Source: Methanobacteriota archaeon (GTDB lineage Archaea > Thermoplasmatota > Poseidoniia > Poseidoniales > Thalassarchaeaceae). Taken from it: a stretch of 64,000 bases of DNA. Below are positions 1 through 9,814 of the stretch, piece after piece. The stretch's first letter is position 1, and every line of letters starts with the position of its first letter. The translations under genes were made by a program, and so were the position numbers. The DNA lies in the NCBI GenBank assembly GCA_029977385.1, contig JAPOKZ010000001.1, forward strand, positions 22,741 to 86,740, written 5' to 3'. The notes under the pieces were generated by a model, which did not search any database, had not been told where the DNA came from, and worked only from the letters and a program-made list of their open reading frames with translations.

Positions 1-3000
1 CATCCACATCACCCACAGCAGCGTCTAGAGTCATCTGAACCTCTCTCCTCTCACCTTGGCTCCGAGCTAGTCCCTGCTCGGTTACCTCTGGCCTGCTGAT
101 AGAGAAGGGGTTGAGATCTTCCTCATCCAGAGGAACATGGGCAAGGTCGTCTCTACCAGCATACTCGATAGCTAGTTCGCGGAAGACCCAGTCGATGATG
201 CTCGATGACATCTTCACACGGCCACTTCCGCCCTCAATCATTCCGCTAGGCTCGAACTTGGTGAATGTGAATGACTTCACGAATGCGTCTATGGGCACGC
301 CGTGCTGCAATCCGATAGACACCGAGATAGCGAACTGGGACAGAAGGGCTCTCCAAGCGGCGCCTTCCTTGGAGGTCAGTAGGAATATCTCGCCGAGCTT
401 CCCGTCTTCATATTCTCCTGTGATAAGACGTACGCTGTGACCACCCACTCTGGCTTTGAAGTTCGCACCCCTCTTTCTGTGGGGGAGGGGCCTCTTGGAA
501 GCGATGTAGTTCTCAACGAGTGCCTTTGCAACAGGAACGGCCACTGGTTCTGGTAGAGGAAGGGCGCTTGCGGCCTCCTCCACCATTTTCTCGACAACAC
601 TCTCCTCTTCCTCCTCCTCATCTAGGTCAAAGGAGTCGACGAGCTGACTCATCAGGGGCTGGGAAAGCTTACTCCCGTCTCTGTATACTGCACAAGCCTT
701 GTTCATAGTAGCATGACTCAGGTTGTAAGCCTCCCTTACATCCTCGATGCTAGCATCGGATGGCATATTGATAGTCTTCGAGATTGCCCCTGAGATGAAC
801 GGTTGAGCGGCTGCCATCATCTTGACATGCGCATCCCAGGCTATGGATCTCTTGCCGTATTTACCGCACGGGGTCGCACAGTCGAACACCGCCAGATGCT
901 CTTCTTTCAGACCAGGAGCCCCCTCTATGGTGTTGTAGCCGAAGATATGATCATTCGCTGAGTCTACCTCCTGAGCGGAGAAGCCTAGGAATCCTAGAGT
1001 ATCGAAGAACGGGTCTTCGATCTGGCTTTTGGACATACCGAGTTTATCACTGCAGAAATCCTCACCTAGGATGGATGGTGAGAATGCTGATCTCAGGTCA
1101 AAAACATCTCCTAGTTTCCCTTCGATGGTAGATAGCAATGTATCATCTATGCCCGCATCCTTCAATCTGTCCAGAGGGAGGGTCGGGCAGTCGCCGATCC
1201 TCTTCGTCCCCATGATATACTCCTCTATCGCGACCGCCTCGCTCTCAGAGTAACCTAGCCTACTCAGTGCGTTCGGCACGCCGTTGTTGATTATCCTAAG
1301 AGAGCCCCCACCGGCTAGGGTCTTGTACTGCACGAGTGAGAACTGCGGCTCCACTCCTGTGGTATCTGCACCCATCACTAGGCCTATTGTCCCGGTCGGT
1401 GCAATTACCGTGGTCTGTGCATTCCTGTAACCATGTTCCTCTCCTTCCATCAATGCTCTATCCCAGCAGCTCCTGGCAGCATCGAGAAGATCCTTCGGGC
1501 ACTTCTTCGAATTGATTCCCATGGGTGCTACTGTCAGCCCCTCGTACTCGGAGGCAGGAGCATCATATGCAGCTCTCCTGTGATTTCGCATGACACGGAG
1601 CATTGCATCTGAATTCCTTTCATAGTCCGGGAAAGGACCGAGTATCGACGCCATCTCCGCGCTCGTGGCATAGCTCTCTCCGCACATAATCGAGGTTATA
1701 GCGCCGCATATCGCATATGCTCTTTCGTCGTCGTAGGGTATTCCCATGTGCATAAGGAGCGAACCGATGTTGCAGTACCCTAGGCCCAGAGTTCTGTAGT
1801 CGTAGGAACCCCTTGCTATCGACTCCGAAGGGAATTGAGCCATCAATACACTGATTTCCAGAGTGGTCGTCCAGAGTCTTACGCTATGCCTGAAGTCCTC
1901 GACCTCAAATTTGTGAGTGTCCAAGTCGTAGTAGTGAAGCAGGTTGATGCTAGACAGATTGCACGCGGTATCGTCGAGGAACATGTACTCAGAGCAAGGA
2001 TTTGATCCGTTGATCCTTCCTGCTTCAGGGCAAGTATGCCACTCGTTGATTGTCGTATCGAACTGCACCCCCGGATCCGCGCAGGCCCATGCCGTGTAGG
2101 CGACCTTATTCCAGAGCTCTCCAGCATCTAGGGTCTTGCAGGGTTCGGGGTCTCTTCCTTCCTCTGCAGCAGCCTCTCTTTCTGTCCTGAAGTACAGGTT
2201 CCAGTCCCCACCGGACTTCACAGCATCCATGAACGAGTTAGGAACTCTCACAGAGTTATTGCTATTCTGGCCTGAAACTGTGGCATAGGCTTCTCCCTGC
2301 CAGTCAGTATCAAGCGTCTCGAACTTCAGCCCCTTCCAACCCTGCTCCGCGAGATCGACGATTCTCTGGATATGAGACTGCGGAACACTGTCGTTTATGG
2401 CTCGAACCATGGATTTCCTCAAGCCTAGGTTTGTCTTTTGGCTGAATCTTCCTTCATCATCATCAAAGGTCCAAATCGAATCCATTATCGAATCTGCATG
2501 CTTCTGAAGGATGGCGCTACCGATTACTAGCGCGGAAACCTTCTCTTCCTCGGTTGGCTTCCAATCGATGTATTCCTCGATGTCAGGGTGATCTAGGTCT
2601 AGGGTCACCATCTTTGCCGCTCTCCGAGTGGTACCTCCGGATTTTATCGCTCCAGCGGCTCTGTCTCCAATCTTCAGGAAGGAGAGCAGGCCGCTCGAAG
2701 TCCCACCTCCTGAGAGAGGCTCTCCTGCGCCTCTGATGTTAGAGAAGTTCGAACCAGTTCCCGATCCGTACTTGAAAAGAAGTGCCTCTCTATTCCATAA
2801 TCCCATTATAGAATCGGAACCGCCCACAAGAGAGTCCGATACAGACTGGATGAAACAGGCGTGAGGTTGCGGATGCTCGTAAGCATTGGTGGAAAGCCCA
2901 ACCTCCCCAGTTTCGGGATCAACGAAGCTGTGGCCCTGAGCAGGGCCCTCAATTCCATAGGCCCAGTGAAGCCCTGTGTTGAACCACTGGGGGCTGTTGG

Positions 3001-3502
3001 GTGCCGAACGCTGACTTGCAATCAGGTAGCACATCTCGTCGAAGTACGCGCGGGCATCGGCCTCGCTCGCGAAGTAGCCGTACTTCCAGCCCCAGTAGGT
3101 CCAGGTCCCTGCGAGTCGACGGAAGAGCTGTCTTCCATCAATCTCACCACCCATTCTTTCGGCGGCATCCACATTCTGAAGCCGCTCGTGATCTGGCTCA
3201 CTTCGCTGTAGCCAGATTGGAACTCCGTCCTCGGGAACGTTCCGAAGGAACTTCGGAACCCCTGCCTTGCGAAGATACTTCTGGGCGCAGACCTTTCCTG
3301 GTACTCCAGTGAACCCAGAAGGCAACTTCACGCCTTCTATTGAGTCTGCCATCGACCCGTCTGGATTCCTGATCTCCACGTCCATCTCTATCCATTCGAA
3401 TGAATCGAATGGGTCCTGTCCTGCAGATGTGAACCTCCTCTCGACGACCAATCCACTTTCAGAGTCTGAACTGCTCTCAGAGGACTTTATTTTCGTCTGC
3501 AT
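1..3502 (-). CDS. nrdJ: Ribonucleotide reductase class II (adenosylcobalamin-dependent, NrdJ), 3' end truncated by window edge
   Basis: Open minus-strand frame from ATG at 3502 to window start with no stop (no stop-bounded ORF is listed in this frame, consistent with edge truncation). By-eye translation shows MQTKIKS...ERRF...DPF..EW, the active-site NPCSEY, TTVIAPTGTIG and SKTINMP motifs. GGAGG RBS lies 8 nt upstream of the ATG. Confidence 0.85.
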   Translation of the reverse strand, partial: MQTKIKSSESSSDSESGLVVERRFTSAGQDPFDSFEWIEMDVEIRNPDGSMADSIEGVKLPSGFTGVPGKVCAQKYLRKAGVPKFLRNVPEDGVPIWLQRSEPDHERLQNVDAAERMGGEIDGRQLFRRLAGTWTYWGWKYGYFASEADARAYFDEMCYLIASQRSAPNSPQWFNTGLHWAYGIEGPAQGHSFVDPETGEVGLSTNAYEHPQPHACFIQSVSDSLVGGSDSIMGLWNREALLFKYGSGTGSNFSNIRGAGEPLSGGGTSSGLLSFLKIGDRAAGAIKSGGTTRRAAKMVTLDLDHPDIEEYIDWKPTEEEKVSALVIGSAILQKHADSIMDSIWTFDDDEGRFSQKTNLGLRKSMVRAINDSVPQSHIQRIVDLAEQGWKGLKFETLDTDWQGEAYATVSGQNSNNSVRVPNSFMDAVKSGGDWNLYFRTEREAAAEEGRDPEPCKTLDAGELWNKVAYTAWACADPGVQFDTTINEWHTCPEAGRINGSNPCSEYMFLDDTACNLSSINLLHYYDLDTHKFEVEDFRHSVRLWTTTLEISVLMAQFPSESIARGSYDYRTLGLGYCNIGSLLMHMGIPYDDERAYAICGAITSIMCGESYATSAEMASILGPFPDYERNSDAMLRVMRNHRRAAYDAPASEYEGLTVAPMGINSKKCPKDLLDAARSCWDRALMEGEEHGYRNAQTTVIAPTGTIGLVMGADTTGVEPQFSLVQYKTLAGGGSLRIINNGVPNALSRLGYSESEAVAIEEYIMGTKRIGDCPTLPLDRLKDAGIDDTLLSTIEGKLGDVFDLRSAFSPSILGEDFCSDKLGMSKSQIEDPFFDTLGFLGFSAQEVDSANDHIFGYNTIEGAPGLKEEHLAVFDCATPCGKYGKRSIAWDAHVKMMAAAQPFISGAISKTINMPSDASIEDVREAYNLSHATMNKACAVYRDGSKLSQPLMSQLVDSFDLDEEEEEESVVEKMVEEAASALPLPEPVAVPVAKALVENYIASKRPLPHRKRGANFKARVGGHSVRLITGEYEDGKLGEIFLLTSKEGAAWRALLSQFAISVSIGLQHGVPIDAFVKSFTFTKFEPSGMIEGGSGRVKMSSSIIDWVFRELAIEYAGRDDLAHVPLDEEDLNPFSISRPEVTEQGLARSQGERREVQMTLDAAVGDVD

Positions 3503-3665
3503 TATTTCCTTCCTCCTGTATTGCTCAACTCGGGAAAGCTCCCGGCCGCGCAAGGGATTTGCTCTTCCGGATGGGGGGTGTTTAATGCTTAGGTTCGAAC
3601 CTCCCATAAGGAGGTCTGTTTTCACGAAAATATTGTCAATTCCAATTTCGTCAGCGAACAACAAC

Positions 3666-4100
3666 TCAGGAATTCATTTCAAGAGACCACACCAATTCTG
3701 CACCAGAACGCGTAATCATAATTCCAACACTACAGTGCTTATCGTGGCTGCTTTCAATTAGTCTCCTAACTAATTCCTCTGGTACATCGCCTTTCACTAT
3801 GTACCTCATTCTTACGGCCGTGAAGACCTTGGGTGACTTGTCTGCTCTATCTGCTTCGATTTCAACCTTGATGAACTCGAGGTTTTCCTTCCTATGTTTC
3901 AGACCGTCAATAACGTCAATCAAAGAACAGGCAGCATGACCGTGAAGTACCATTTCCATTGGACTGGGTGATTCTGAGTCATAAATTCCGAATGTTTTCC
4001 CTGCTCCGGTAGTTCCCACATAGCCAGAAGATTCGGTCCACATCACTTCTCCATTCATGTACCTTCGAAACAACGCACCCCCTTGAAGGGTTGGCTTCAT
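3666..4100 (-). CDS. OsmC/Ohr family peroxiredoxin-like protein
   Basis: 144 aa; [13 protein letters not shown]...[17 protein letters not shown] is typical of the OsmC fold with two Cys. Confidence 0.7.
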   Translation of the reverse strand: MKPTLQGGALFRRYMNGEVMWTESSGYVGTTGAGKTFGIYDSESPSPMEMVLHGHAACSLIDVIDGLKHRKENLEFIKVEIEADRADKSPKVFTAVRMRYIVKGDVPEELVRRLIESSHDKHCSVGIMITRSGAELVWSLEMNS

Positions 4101-4130
4101 CTATCACTTTCCAGTCGGAGTAGATTGGTG

Positions 4131-5363
4131 GGCATGTCGGAAGGAGAACAAATATCAATTTCAGATGGGGAATTAATGGTCCCCAACAATCCAGTGATTC
4201 ACTTTATAGAAGGCGATGGAATTGGTGTGGATATTACGCCAGTGATGATCAGTGTCGTTGACAGTTCTGTTGAATTGGCATATTCTGGAGAAAGGAAGAT
4301 TCACTGGAGAGAAGTACTTGCCGGACAGAAAGCATTTGATTCCAATGGGGAATGGCTTCCTGAGGAAACCAAGAAGTCAATGAGAGAGAACCTGATTTCT
4401 ATCAAAGGTCCGCTAACTACTCCAGTCGGAGGAGGGATAAGGAGCTTGAACGTGGCACTGAGGCAGCAATTGGATTTATTCGCCTGCGTTAGACCAGTTA
4501 GATGGTTCGACGGAACTCCTAGCCCAGTCAAAGATCCCGGCTCGGTTGATATGGTAATATTCAGGGAAAACAGTGAGGATGTCTACGCAGGGATAGAATG
4601 GGAGTCCGGCAGTCCAGAGGTTAGACGAGTCATAGATTTCCTTCAGAATGAGATGGGAGTAGACAAAATCCGATTTCCAGATACATCTGGTTTGGGAATC
4701 AAACCAATTAGTCAAGAAGGAACCTCAAGGATAGTCAGGGCCGCAATCAAGTATGCAATAGAAAATGACAGAGGCAGCGTTACGCTGGTACACAAGGGCA
4801 ACATCATGAAGTTTACCGAGGGAGGATTCAGGGATTGGGGCTACAGTATCGCGAAGGAGGAGTTTGGGGCATCCGAGATCGATGGGGGCCCCTGGTGCTC
4901 ATTCCAAAACCCGAATACAGGGACTGAGATAATTGTGAAGGACGTTATCGCAGATGCGATGCTTCAACAGGTCTTGACACGACCGAGAGAATATGAGGTT
5001 CTGGCTACTATGAACCTGAATGGAGATTACATCTCAGATGCACTAGCCGCACAAGTAGGAGGAATTGGCATTGCTCCTGGTGCAAACATCAACTATGATA
5101 CGGGCGTGGCAATATTCGAGGCTACTCACGGCACGGCTCCTAAGTATGCAGGACAGGACAAGGTTAACCCCGGAAGTCTGATTCTTTCTGCAGAGATGAT
5201 GCTCAGACACATGGGTTGGACTGAATCGGCAGATTTGATTGTAAAGGGCATGGAGGGAGCAATCTCTTCAAAGAAGGTGACTTATGACTTTGAGAGACTA
5301 ATGGAAGACGCTACCCTTCTTTCCTGTTCGGATTTCGGTCGAACAATAGTGTCTCACATGTAG
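4131..5363 (+). CDS. icd: Isocitrate dehydrogenase (NADP), prokaryotic type
   Basis: [10 protein letters not shown] and [19 protein letters not shown] motifs. ORF is open from 4083; MSEGEQ at 4131 preferred because it avoids overlap with divergent osmC. Confidence 0.85.
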   Translation, partial: GMSEGEQISISDGELMVPNNPVIHFIEGDGIGVDITPVMISVVDSSVELAYSGERKIHWREVLAGQKAFDSNGEWLPEETKKSMRENLISIKGPLTTPVGGGIRSLNVALRQQLDLFACVRPVRWFDGTPSPVKDPGSVDMVIFRENSEDVYAGIEWESGSPEVRRVIDFLQNEMGVDKIRFPDTSGLGIKPISQEGTSRIVRAAIKYAIENDRGSVTLVHKGNIMKFTEGGFRDWGYSIAKEEFGASEIDGGPWCSFQNPNTGTEIIVKDVIADAMLQQVLTRPREYEVLATMNLNGDYISDALAAQVGGIGIAPGANINYDTGVAIFEATHGTAPKYAGQDKVNPGSLILSAEMMLRHMGWTESADLIVKGMEGAISSKKVTYDFERLMEDATLLSCSDFGRTIVSHM

Positions 5364-5373
5364 GTCAGCTACG

Positions 5374-6024
5374 ATGGACGAAGCTAGAGAAAGGATGCTC
5401 GAGATTTTCAATCTTTCAGAGGATTCCAAGAACCCCCTGTCCTGGTTTGAAGATCTCTACGGTAGCTCTCGAGGAGATAGGAATCTAATTCCATGGGATT
5501 GGATGGAACCTCATCCTTTCCTAGTGGAATGGATAGAGGAGAACCAGCAGACGGGACGTGCTCTGGTTGTTGGCTCTGGCCTGGGCGAGGACGCAGCCTT
5601 CCTGTATGAGAATGGGTGGGAAGTGACGGCGTTTGACGTATCTGAGTCGGCGGTTGATTGGGCAAGTCAATTGCATAAGGGAAAAGAGATTGAGTGGTTG
5701 GTTGGAGACCTCGTCCATCCCGAAGAGACATGGAAAGGTGCATTTGATCTGGTCCTCGAGGTACACATCCTACAAGCAATACCTGAAGAAATAAGGAATA
5801 TGGCCTACAGGAATCTATCCCCCCTTCTAGACAGAGACGGTCTTCTGATGTGCATAGGTAGGTTGGCAGATGGTCTAGAGGACAAGGGAGAGGCCCCTCC
5901 TTGGCCCTTATCCAGAGATTTCATTCTCCATATAGGAAAGGGCCTATCCGAAGTAGAGTTCCATACTGCAGTGATTCCTGGAAAGGAGGAGATAAGATAC
6001 AGAGCAGTCTGGAAAAGGGACTGA
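5374..6024 (+). CDS. SAM-dependent methyltransferase (TPMT-like)
   Basis: Motif I VVGSGLGEDAAFL followed by an acidic residue after beta2 (TAFDVSESAV). W-rich N-terminus resembles thiopurine/thiol MTases. Confidence 0.6.
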   Translation: MDEARERMLEIFNLSEDSKNPLSWFEDLYGSSRGDRNLIPWDWMEPHPFLVEWIEENQQTGRALVVGSGLGEDAAFLYENGWEVTAFDVSESAVDWASQLHKGKEIEWLVGDLVHPEETWKGAFDLVLEVHILQAIPEEIRNMAYRNLSPLLDRDGLLMCIGRLADGLEDKGEAPPWPLSRDFILHIGKGLSEVEFHTAVIPGKEEIRYRAVWKRD

Positions 6025-7020
6025 CTATCGCTCAGACCACATCTTTAGCCACTCTGCTATATTTCTCTCAATGTCATCTTCAGATACTTCCCTGTCCACG
6101 ACTTCCCCATCCTCAGTAGGCTTAATTCTACAACCACATGCATTGGCATGCCCGCCTCCATCGGAATCGAAACGAGTTGCTAGAGCCGTCAAGTCGTAAA
6201 TTCCGCCTGTTCGATGTAGGAATGAGTTTGTGTAGAAAGACGCAGACAAGGGGTATCTTCCAGAGTCTCCGAATGACGCACCCAAATCTCCATGAATAAT
6301 CATGCATGCATCACACTCGTCCCCGGCCATAGCTGTGACATAGTAGCCATTTGAGCGGATTCCAGAACCGTCAAACCGAACTATCGCTATTCTGTCGTCG
6401 ATGCGCATATTAGAGAGAATAATCTCATTCAGTAACCCTAACTCCTCCTCCTTCTCAGAGACCAACTTGGAAATCTTTGCATCGTTCAGAATATCTTCGG
6501 TCGACACCCCAACTCTCAATTGCTCAAGAATCCAAGATGCAGTACCTTCTTCGGAATCAACTATCCTACTTAGCCAGATTGCGGGGTCATGGGAAAGAAA
6601 CTCTTCCTTGGATATTGATCCACTGTCAATCTTGTCGACCCAATCTAGTAAACCTTCAAGATCAGAAAGATCGATAATTTGGTGGAATAGTTCGAATGCG
6701 ATTCGGGCCGCTGAAGGCTTGTCCTCCCATACCACAATTGCTCTGCCCTCATTCTTCTCCGATCGATTTGATTGATGGTGATCTATGCTCAACCCACAGT
6801 TTGGGTGTACTGGTAAATCACATATTGCAGTCCATTCATCAATCAACTCATCATAAACACCGGCCCGCAGTTCTCCTGGATGACCGAAGACGACTTCTGC
6901 ATCCGTCCACCACCTCCTCAGTATTGCCGCAGTTACCACTCCATCTAGATCACTATCCGTGACAATACGTCTGATCTCCAAATCTGACGGGTGTATCGTC
7001 ATAGTGTCTGGGAGAAGCAT
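6025..7020 (-). CDS. DHH/DHHA1 family phosphoesterase (NrnA/RecJ-like)
   Basis: DLDGVV, HPN, SIDHHQSN (DHH) and GGGH (DHHA1) motifs. Confidence 0.75.
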   Translation of the reverse strand: MLLPDTMTIHPSDLEIRRIVTDSDLDGVVTAAILRRWWTDAEVVFGHPGELRAGVYDELIDEWTAICDLPVHPNCGLSIDHHQSNRSEKNEGRAIVVWEDKPSAARIAFELFHQIIDLSDLEGLLDWVDKIDSGSISKEEFLSHDPAIWLSRIVDSEEGTASWILEQLRVGVSTEDILNDAKISKLVSEKEEELGLLNEIILSNMRIDDRIAIVRFDGSGIRSNGYYVTAMAGDECDACMIIHGDLGASFGDSGRYPLSASFYTNSFLHRTGGIYDLTALATRFDSDGGGHANACGCRIKPTEDGEVVDREVSEDDIERNIAEWLKMWSER

Positions 7021-7095
7021 CCCGTCAATGGTGGTTTCGTGTCATGAAACATAATCACGGAAGGTTTTCATCTCGAACAGATTCACGACCAAGAT

Positions 7096-7530
7096 ATGCC
7101 GAGTAAACAGGGACCTCTCGAGACCTCTTGTGGTTTCATTTTGCTTAACTTCGACAGTATTCTCCTTCTCCAGTACCCACAGGGACACTGGAGCTTCCCC
7201 AAGGGGCATGTCGAGAAGGGCGATGCTGATCATCATTCTACTGCTCTGAGAGAACTTACCGAAGAAACCGGCATATCAGACATCATGATTGACAATGAAT
7301 GGAGTAAGAAGACCGAGTATACCTTTTTCAGAAAGGGTAGGGAAACCCCAAAAGAGGTCTTCTGGTACTTGGCAGAGACAGATGAGCTAGAGGTAAGACT
7401 CTCTCATGAACACAACAACTACCTCTGGCTGCAGTTCGACGAAGCAGAGGAACAGATAACATTCGAGCAAGAGAAGGAACTACTCAGTTCTGTAAGGAAT
7501 CATCTTAGATCCATCGGACGTAGTCTATGA
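7096..7530 (+). CDS. NUDIX hydrolase
   Basis: Nudix box GHVEKGDADHHSTALRELTEETG. Confidence 0.8.
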   Translation: MPSKQGPLETSCGFILLNFDSILLLQYPQGHWSFPKGHVEKGDADHHSTALRELTEETGISDIMIDNEWSKKTEYTFFRKGRETPKEVFWYLAETDELEVRLSHEHNNYLWLQFDEAEEQITFEQEKELLSSVRNHLRSIGRSL

Positions 7531-8142
7531 CTCAGCTTCTCTTTTTCCTAGAGGAGTCCAAAGGGTCTCCACCTCGCCGGTATTTTTGGCAATCCATCGT
7601 CCCATAACAAACAACCAGTCTGAAATTCTGTTAAGATAGCAAATTACCTCCTCCCTGATCGAACCTTCTCCCTCGACGCTTCTCAAATGACAAGCCTCCC
7701 TCTCCGCTCTTCTAGCAACGGTTCTAGCAACATGTAGGAACGCAACCGGGGCGGTTCCCATAGGTAAGATGAAAGATTCAAGAGGCTGTAGTTCCTTGAT
7801 CCAATCATCCATTTCTTCAATTAGCCTATCACACTCATTCATCCCTACCAGCGCCATTTGCTCTGGCAGCTTCCCTGGACTACAGGCGCACTCCCCGCCT
7901 ATATCGAATAACTCCTGCTGGACCCTATTCAATGCTTCATCAGCCTCACCAGGACGATGGAATCTTGTCACGCCAGGCATTCTTCCGAACTCCATTCTGA
8001 CTACGCCAATTTGCGAATTCAACTCATCTATAGTACCGTAAAGTGCAACTCTAGGACTCTCTTTCCCGACCTTCTTTCCATCAAGCAGGGATGTCTCTCC
8101 ACCGTCCCCGGTTCCAGTATGGACTCTGGTAATGCGAACCAT
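7525..8142 (-). CDS. ATP:cob(I)alamin adenosyltransferase, PduO type
   Basis: N-terminal TRVHTGTGDGGETSL matches the PduO/MMAB signature. Confidence 0.8.
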   Translation of the reverse strand: MVRITRVHTGTGDGGETSLLDGKKVGKESPRVALYGTIDELNSQIGVVRMEFGRMPGVTRFHRPGEADEALNRVQQELFDIGGECACSPGKLPEQMALVGMNECDRLIEEMDDWIKELQPLESFILPMGTAPVAFLHVARTVARRAEREACHLRSVEGEGSIREEVICYLNRISDWLFVMGRWIAKNTGEVETLWTPLGKREAES

Positions 8143-8176
8143 AGAGTTCCGAGGGGGTCCACGTTTTCAATCGTAC

Positions 8177-8887
8177 TCAGATTGGGTCTGAGGCCGAAAG
8201 TCCCCGCTCAATCGCCTCAATCCATGACTCATCAACAGTTTCCCAGCCCCCCAATTTCTCGAGCTCTACTAGACATCCCCTTTCCTCCACTTGGTCGTTT
8301 AGATGTCTATGAATGAGAATCAGAGCCGCGTAACTCATAGAATTAATCCATTGATCTTCCATATCCCATGATCTCTCAAAATGCGCTTTAGCTCCATTGG
8401 GTCCTTCTATCAAGCCTCTATGTATCTGCCTGAGTCCAGACTTTGACCATGCAATTCCGGGAACGCCGATCACAAGTCCCCTGAACGCAAGATACATCTC
8501 CAGCGTTACCATTGTGCTGGCAAGAAGAAAAGACCCAATTTGCTCTGCTTGGTCCGCAAACTCCCACCTCGAGGAAAGAAGACTGATCCCTCCTATACAG
8601 AACAAGACTCCCGCAAGAGGGGCGACAATCACATCAGTCTTCGTCAGACTCATATCTCTAATGCCAAAGACAACGAAAACTCCTCCCAGAAACACGGAAA
8701 TCGACGCAGGAAGATCTTCTCCAGGCCCCTCTGGACTTGTACTTGCAATCCATAGTATCAGAGCCCCTGCAAATAGGAACATGGCGAATCTGGAGCCCTT
8801 TTCAGGAAAGGGCTGAAGTCTACTAAGATAGTAGCAATAGGCTCCCAAAACAAGAAGAAGAGAAATCCAAAGAAACAATTCAATCAT
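8177..8887 (-). CDS. Membrane protein, about 5 TM helices plus soluble C-terminal domain, unknown function
   Basis: Hydrophobic segments in the N-terminal two thirds; no recognisable motif. Confidence 0.5.
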   Translation of the reverse strand: MIELFLWISLLLVLGAYCYYLSRLQPFPEKGSRFAMFLFAGALILWIASTSPEGPGEDLPASISVFLGGVFVVFGIRDMSLTKTDVIVAPLAGVLFCIGGISLLSSRWEFADQAEQIGSFLLASTMVTLEMYLAFRGLVIGVPGIAWSKSGLRQIHRGLIEGPNGAKAHFERSWDMEDQWINSMSYAALILIHRHLNDQVEERGCLVELEKLGGWETVDESWIEAIERGLSASDPI

Positions 8888-9197
8888 CTACCTTGCTGCC
8901 CCATCCTGCCTTCCAAAAGTTCTCGTCATCCAGTAAATCTGACCATTCCGAATCACCTGCTCCCAAGAGCAACATAGCCCTTCTTTCTAGCCCCTCCAGG
9001 AGTGCCTCATCCACCTCTTTGTCAGAAAATGACTTCTGCCACCTACCTCTGATAGACTGAACTTCCAGTTGCCCAGCCTCTCTGTTATCGTAACTCTTCT
9101 CGCAAACCTCCCTAAGATCTTGGATCCACATCTTCGAACTTCTGATATGCGGCTCGCTGTGGGGAGTCTTCTTCGTTCGGAAGGGCCACCATCTCAT
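8880..9197 (-). CDS. Hypothetical small protein (start may be MWIQDL at 9134)
   Basis: ORF overlapping the upstream membrane-protein gene by 8 nt on the same strand; acidic C-terminus; no motif. Confidence 0.35.
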   Translation of the reverse strand: MRWWPFRTKKTPHSEPHIRSSKMWIQDLREVCEKSYDNREAGQLEVQSIRGRWQKSFSDKEVDEALLEGLERRAMLLLGAGDSEWSDLLDDENFWKAGWGSKVDD

Positions 9198-9249
9198 GGG
9201 AACAGACTGACGTCGAAGCCAGACGTCTTGATGCTTTGTGAACCCCTAA

Positions 9250-9708
9250 GTGCACAAGCCTTCGCGTGATATCATGGGTCGTGTTGTAGTACACATGGAT
9301 AGTAACCCGAAGGACAGCGATATTGCATCTATCATCAGAAAATACGAGGAGCGAGTCAAATCAAGAGGCATATCCATAGAGATATTCGGAATCAAACGCG
9401 GATCCAAGAACTATGAATCAGAACTTTCCAGATTGCCAGGGCGACTCATACTTCTAGACGAGACTGGATCCACAATGTCAAGTGAGGGAATGGCCGCATG
9501 GCTAAACTCAGCAAATCTCGAAGGCAACCCTACAAATCTAGCAGTAGGACCCCCAGACGGATTCAGCGATGAAATCAAGGAATCCGCCGATCAACTAATC
9601 TCTCTGTCGAACCTGACACTTACCCATGAGATGGCAGCTGCCCTACTGATGGAGCAGCTCTACAGGGCATCTGAAATTAACCGCGGTTCCACTTATCACA
9701 GGAATTGA
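9250..9708 (+). CDS. rlmH: 23S rRNA pseudouridine N3-methyltransferase RlmH-like (SPOUT)
   Basis: C-terminal LSLSNLTLTHEMAAALLMEQLYRASEINRGSTYHR matches the RlmH knot region. Confidence 0.7.
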   Translation: MHKPSRDIMGRVVVHMDSNPKDSDIASIIRKYEERVKSRGISIEIFGIKRGSKNYESELSRLPGRLILLDETGSTMSSEGMAAWLNSANLEGNPTNLAVGPPDGFSDEIKESADQLISLSNLTLTHEMAAALLMEQLYRASEINRGSTYHRN

Positions 9709-9814
9709 AAATCCCAGATGATACATCGGAGCTTCTGTGATACGCAAACCGTCTTATCGTGCAACCCATTGATAAGCATCCATATTTGGGCAACTACTTG
9801 CCCGAGGGTAAGCA

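Noticed and set aside
1-3502. Intein inside the unusually long NrdJ
   Set aside because: Translation is continuous RNR-like sequence through the active-site region. No Cys/Ser-start plus His-Asn-end intein blocks or LAGLIDADG motifs noticed; length is better explained by the long-form NrdJ C-terminal extension.
3503-3665. Possible cobalamin riboswitch or regulatory RNA upstream of nrdJ
   Set aside because: Only a short CCTCC-cataa-GGAGG hairpin and a strong RBS are visible. No B12-box-like element recognised, and riboswitch control of nrdJ (the B12-using enzyme) is not the expected logic.
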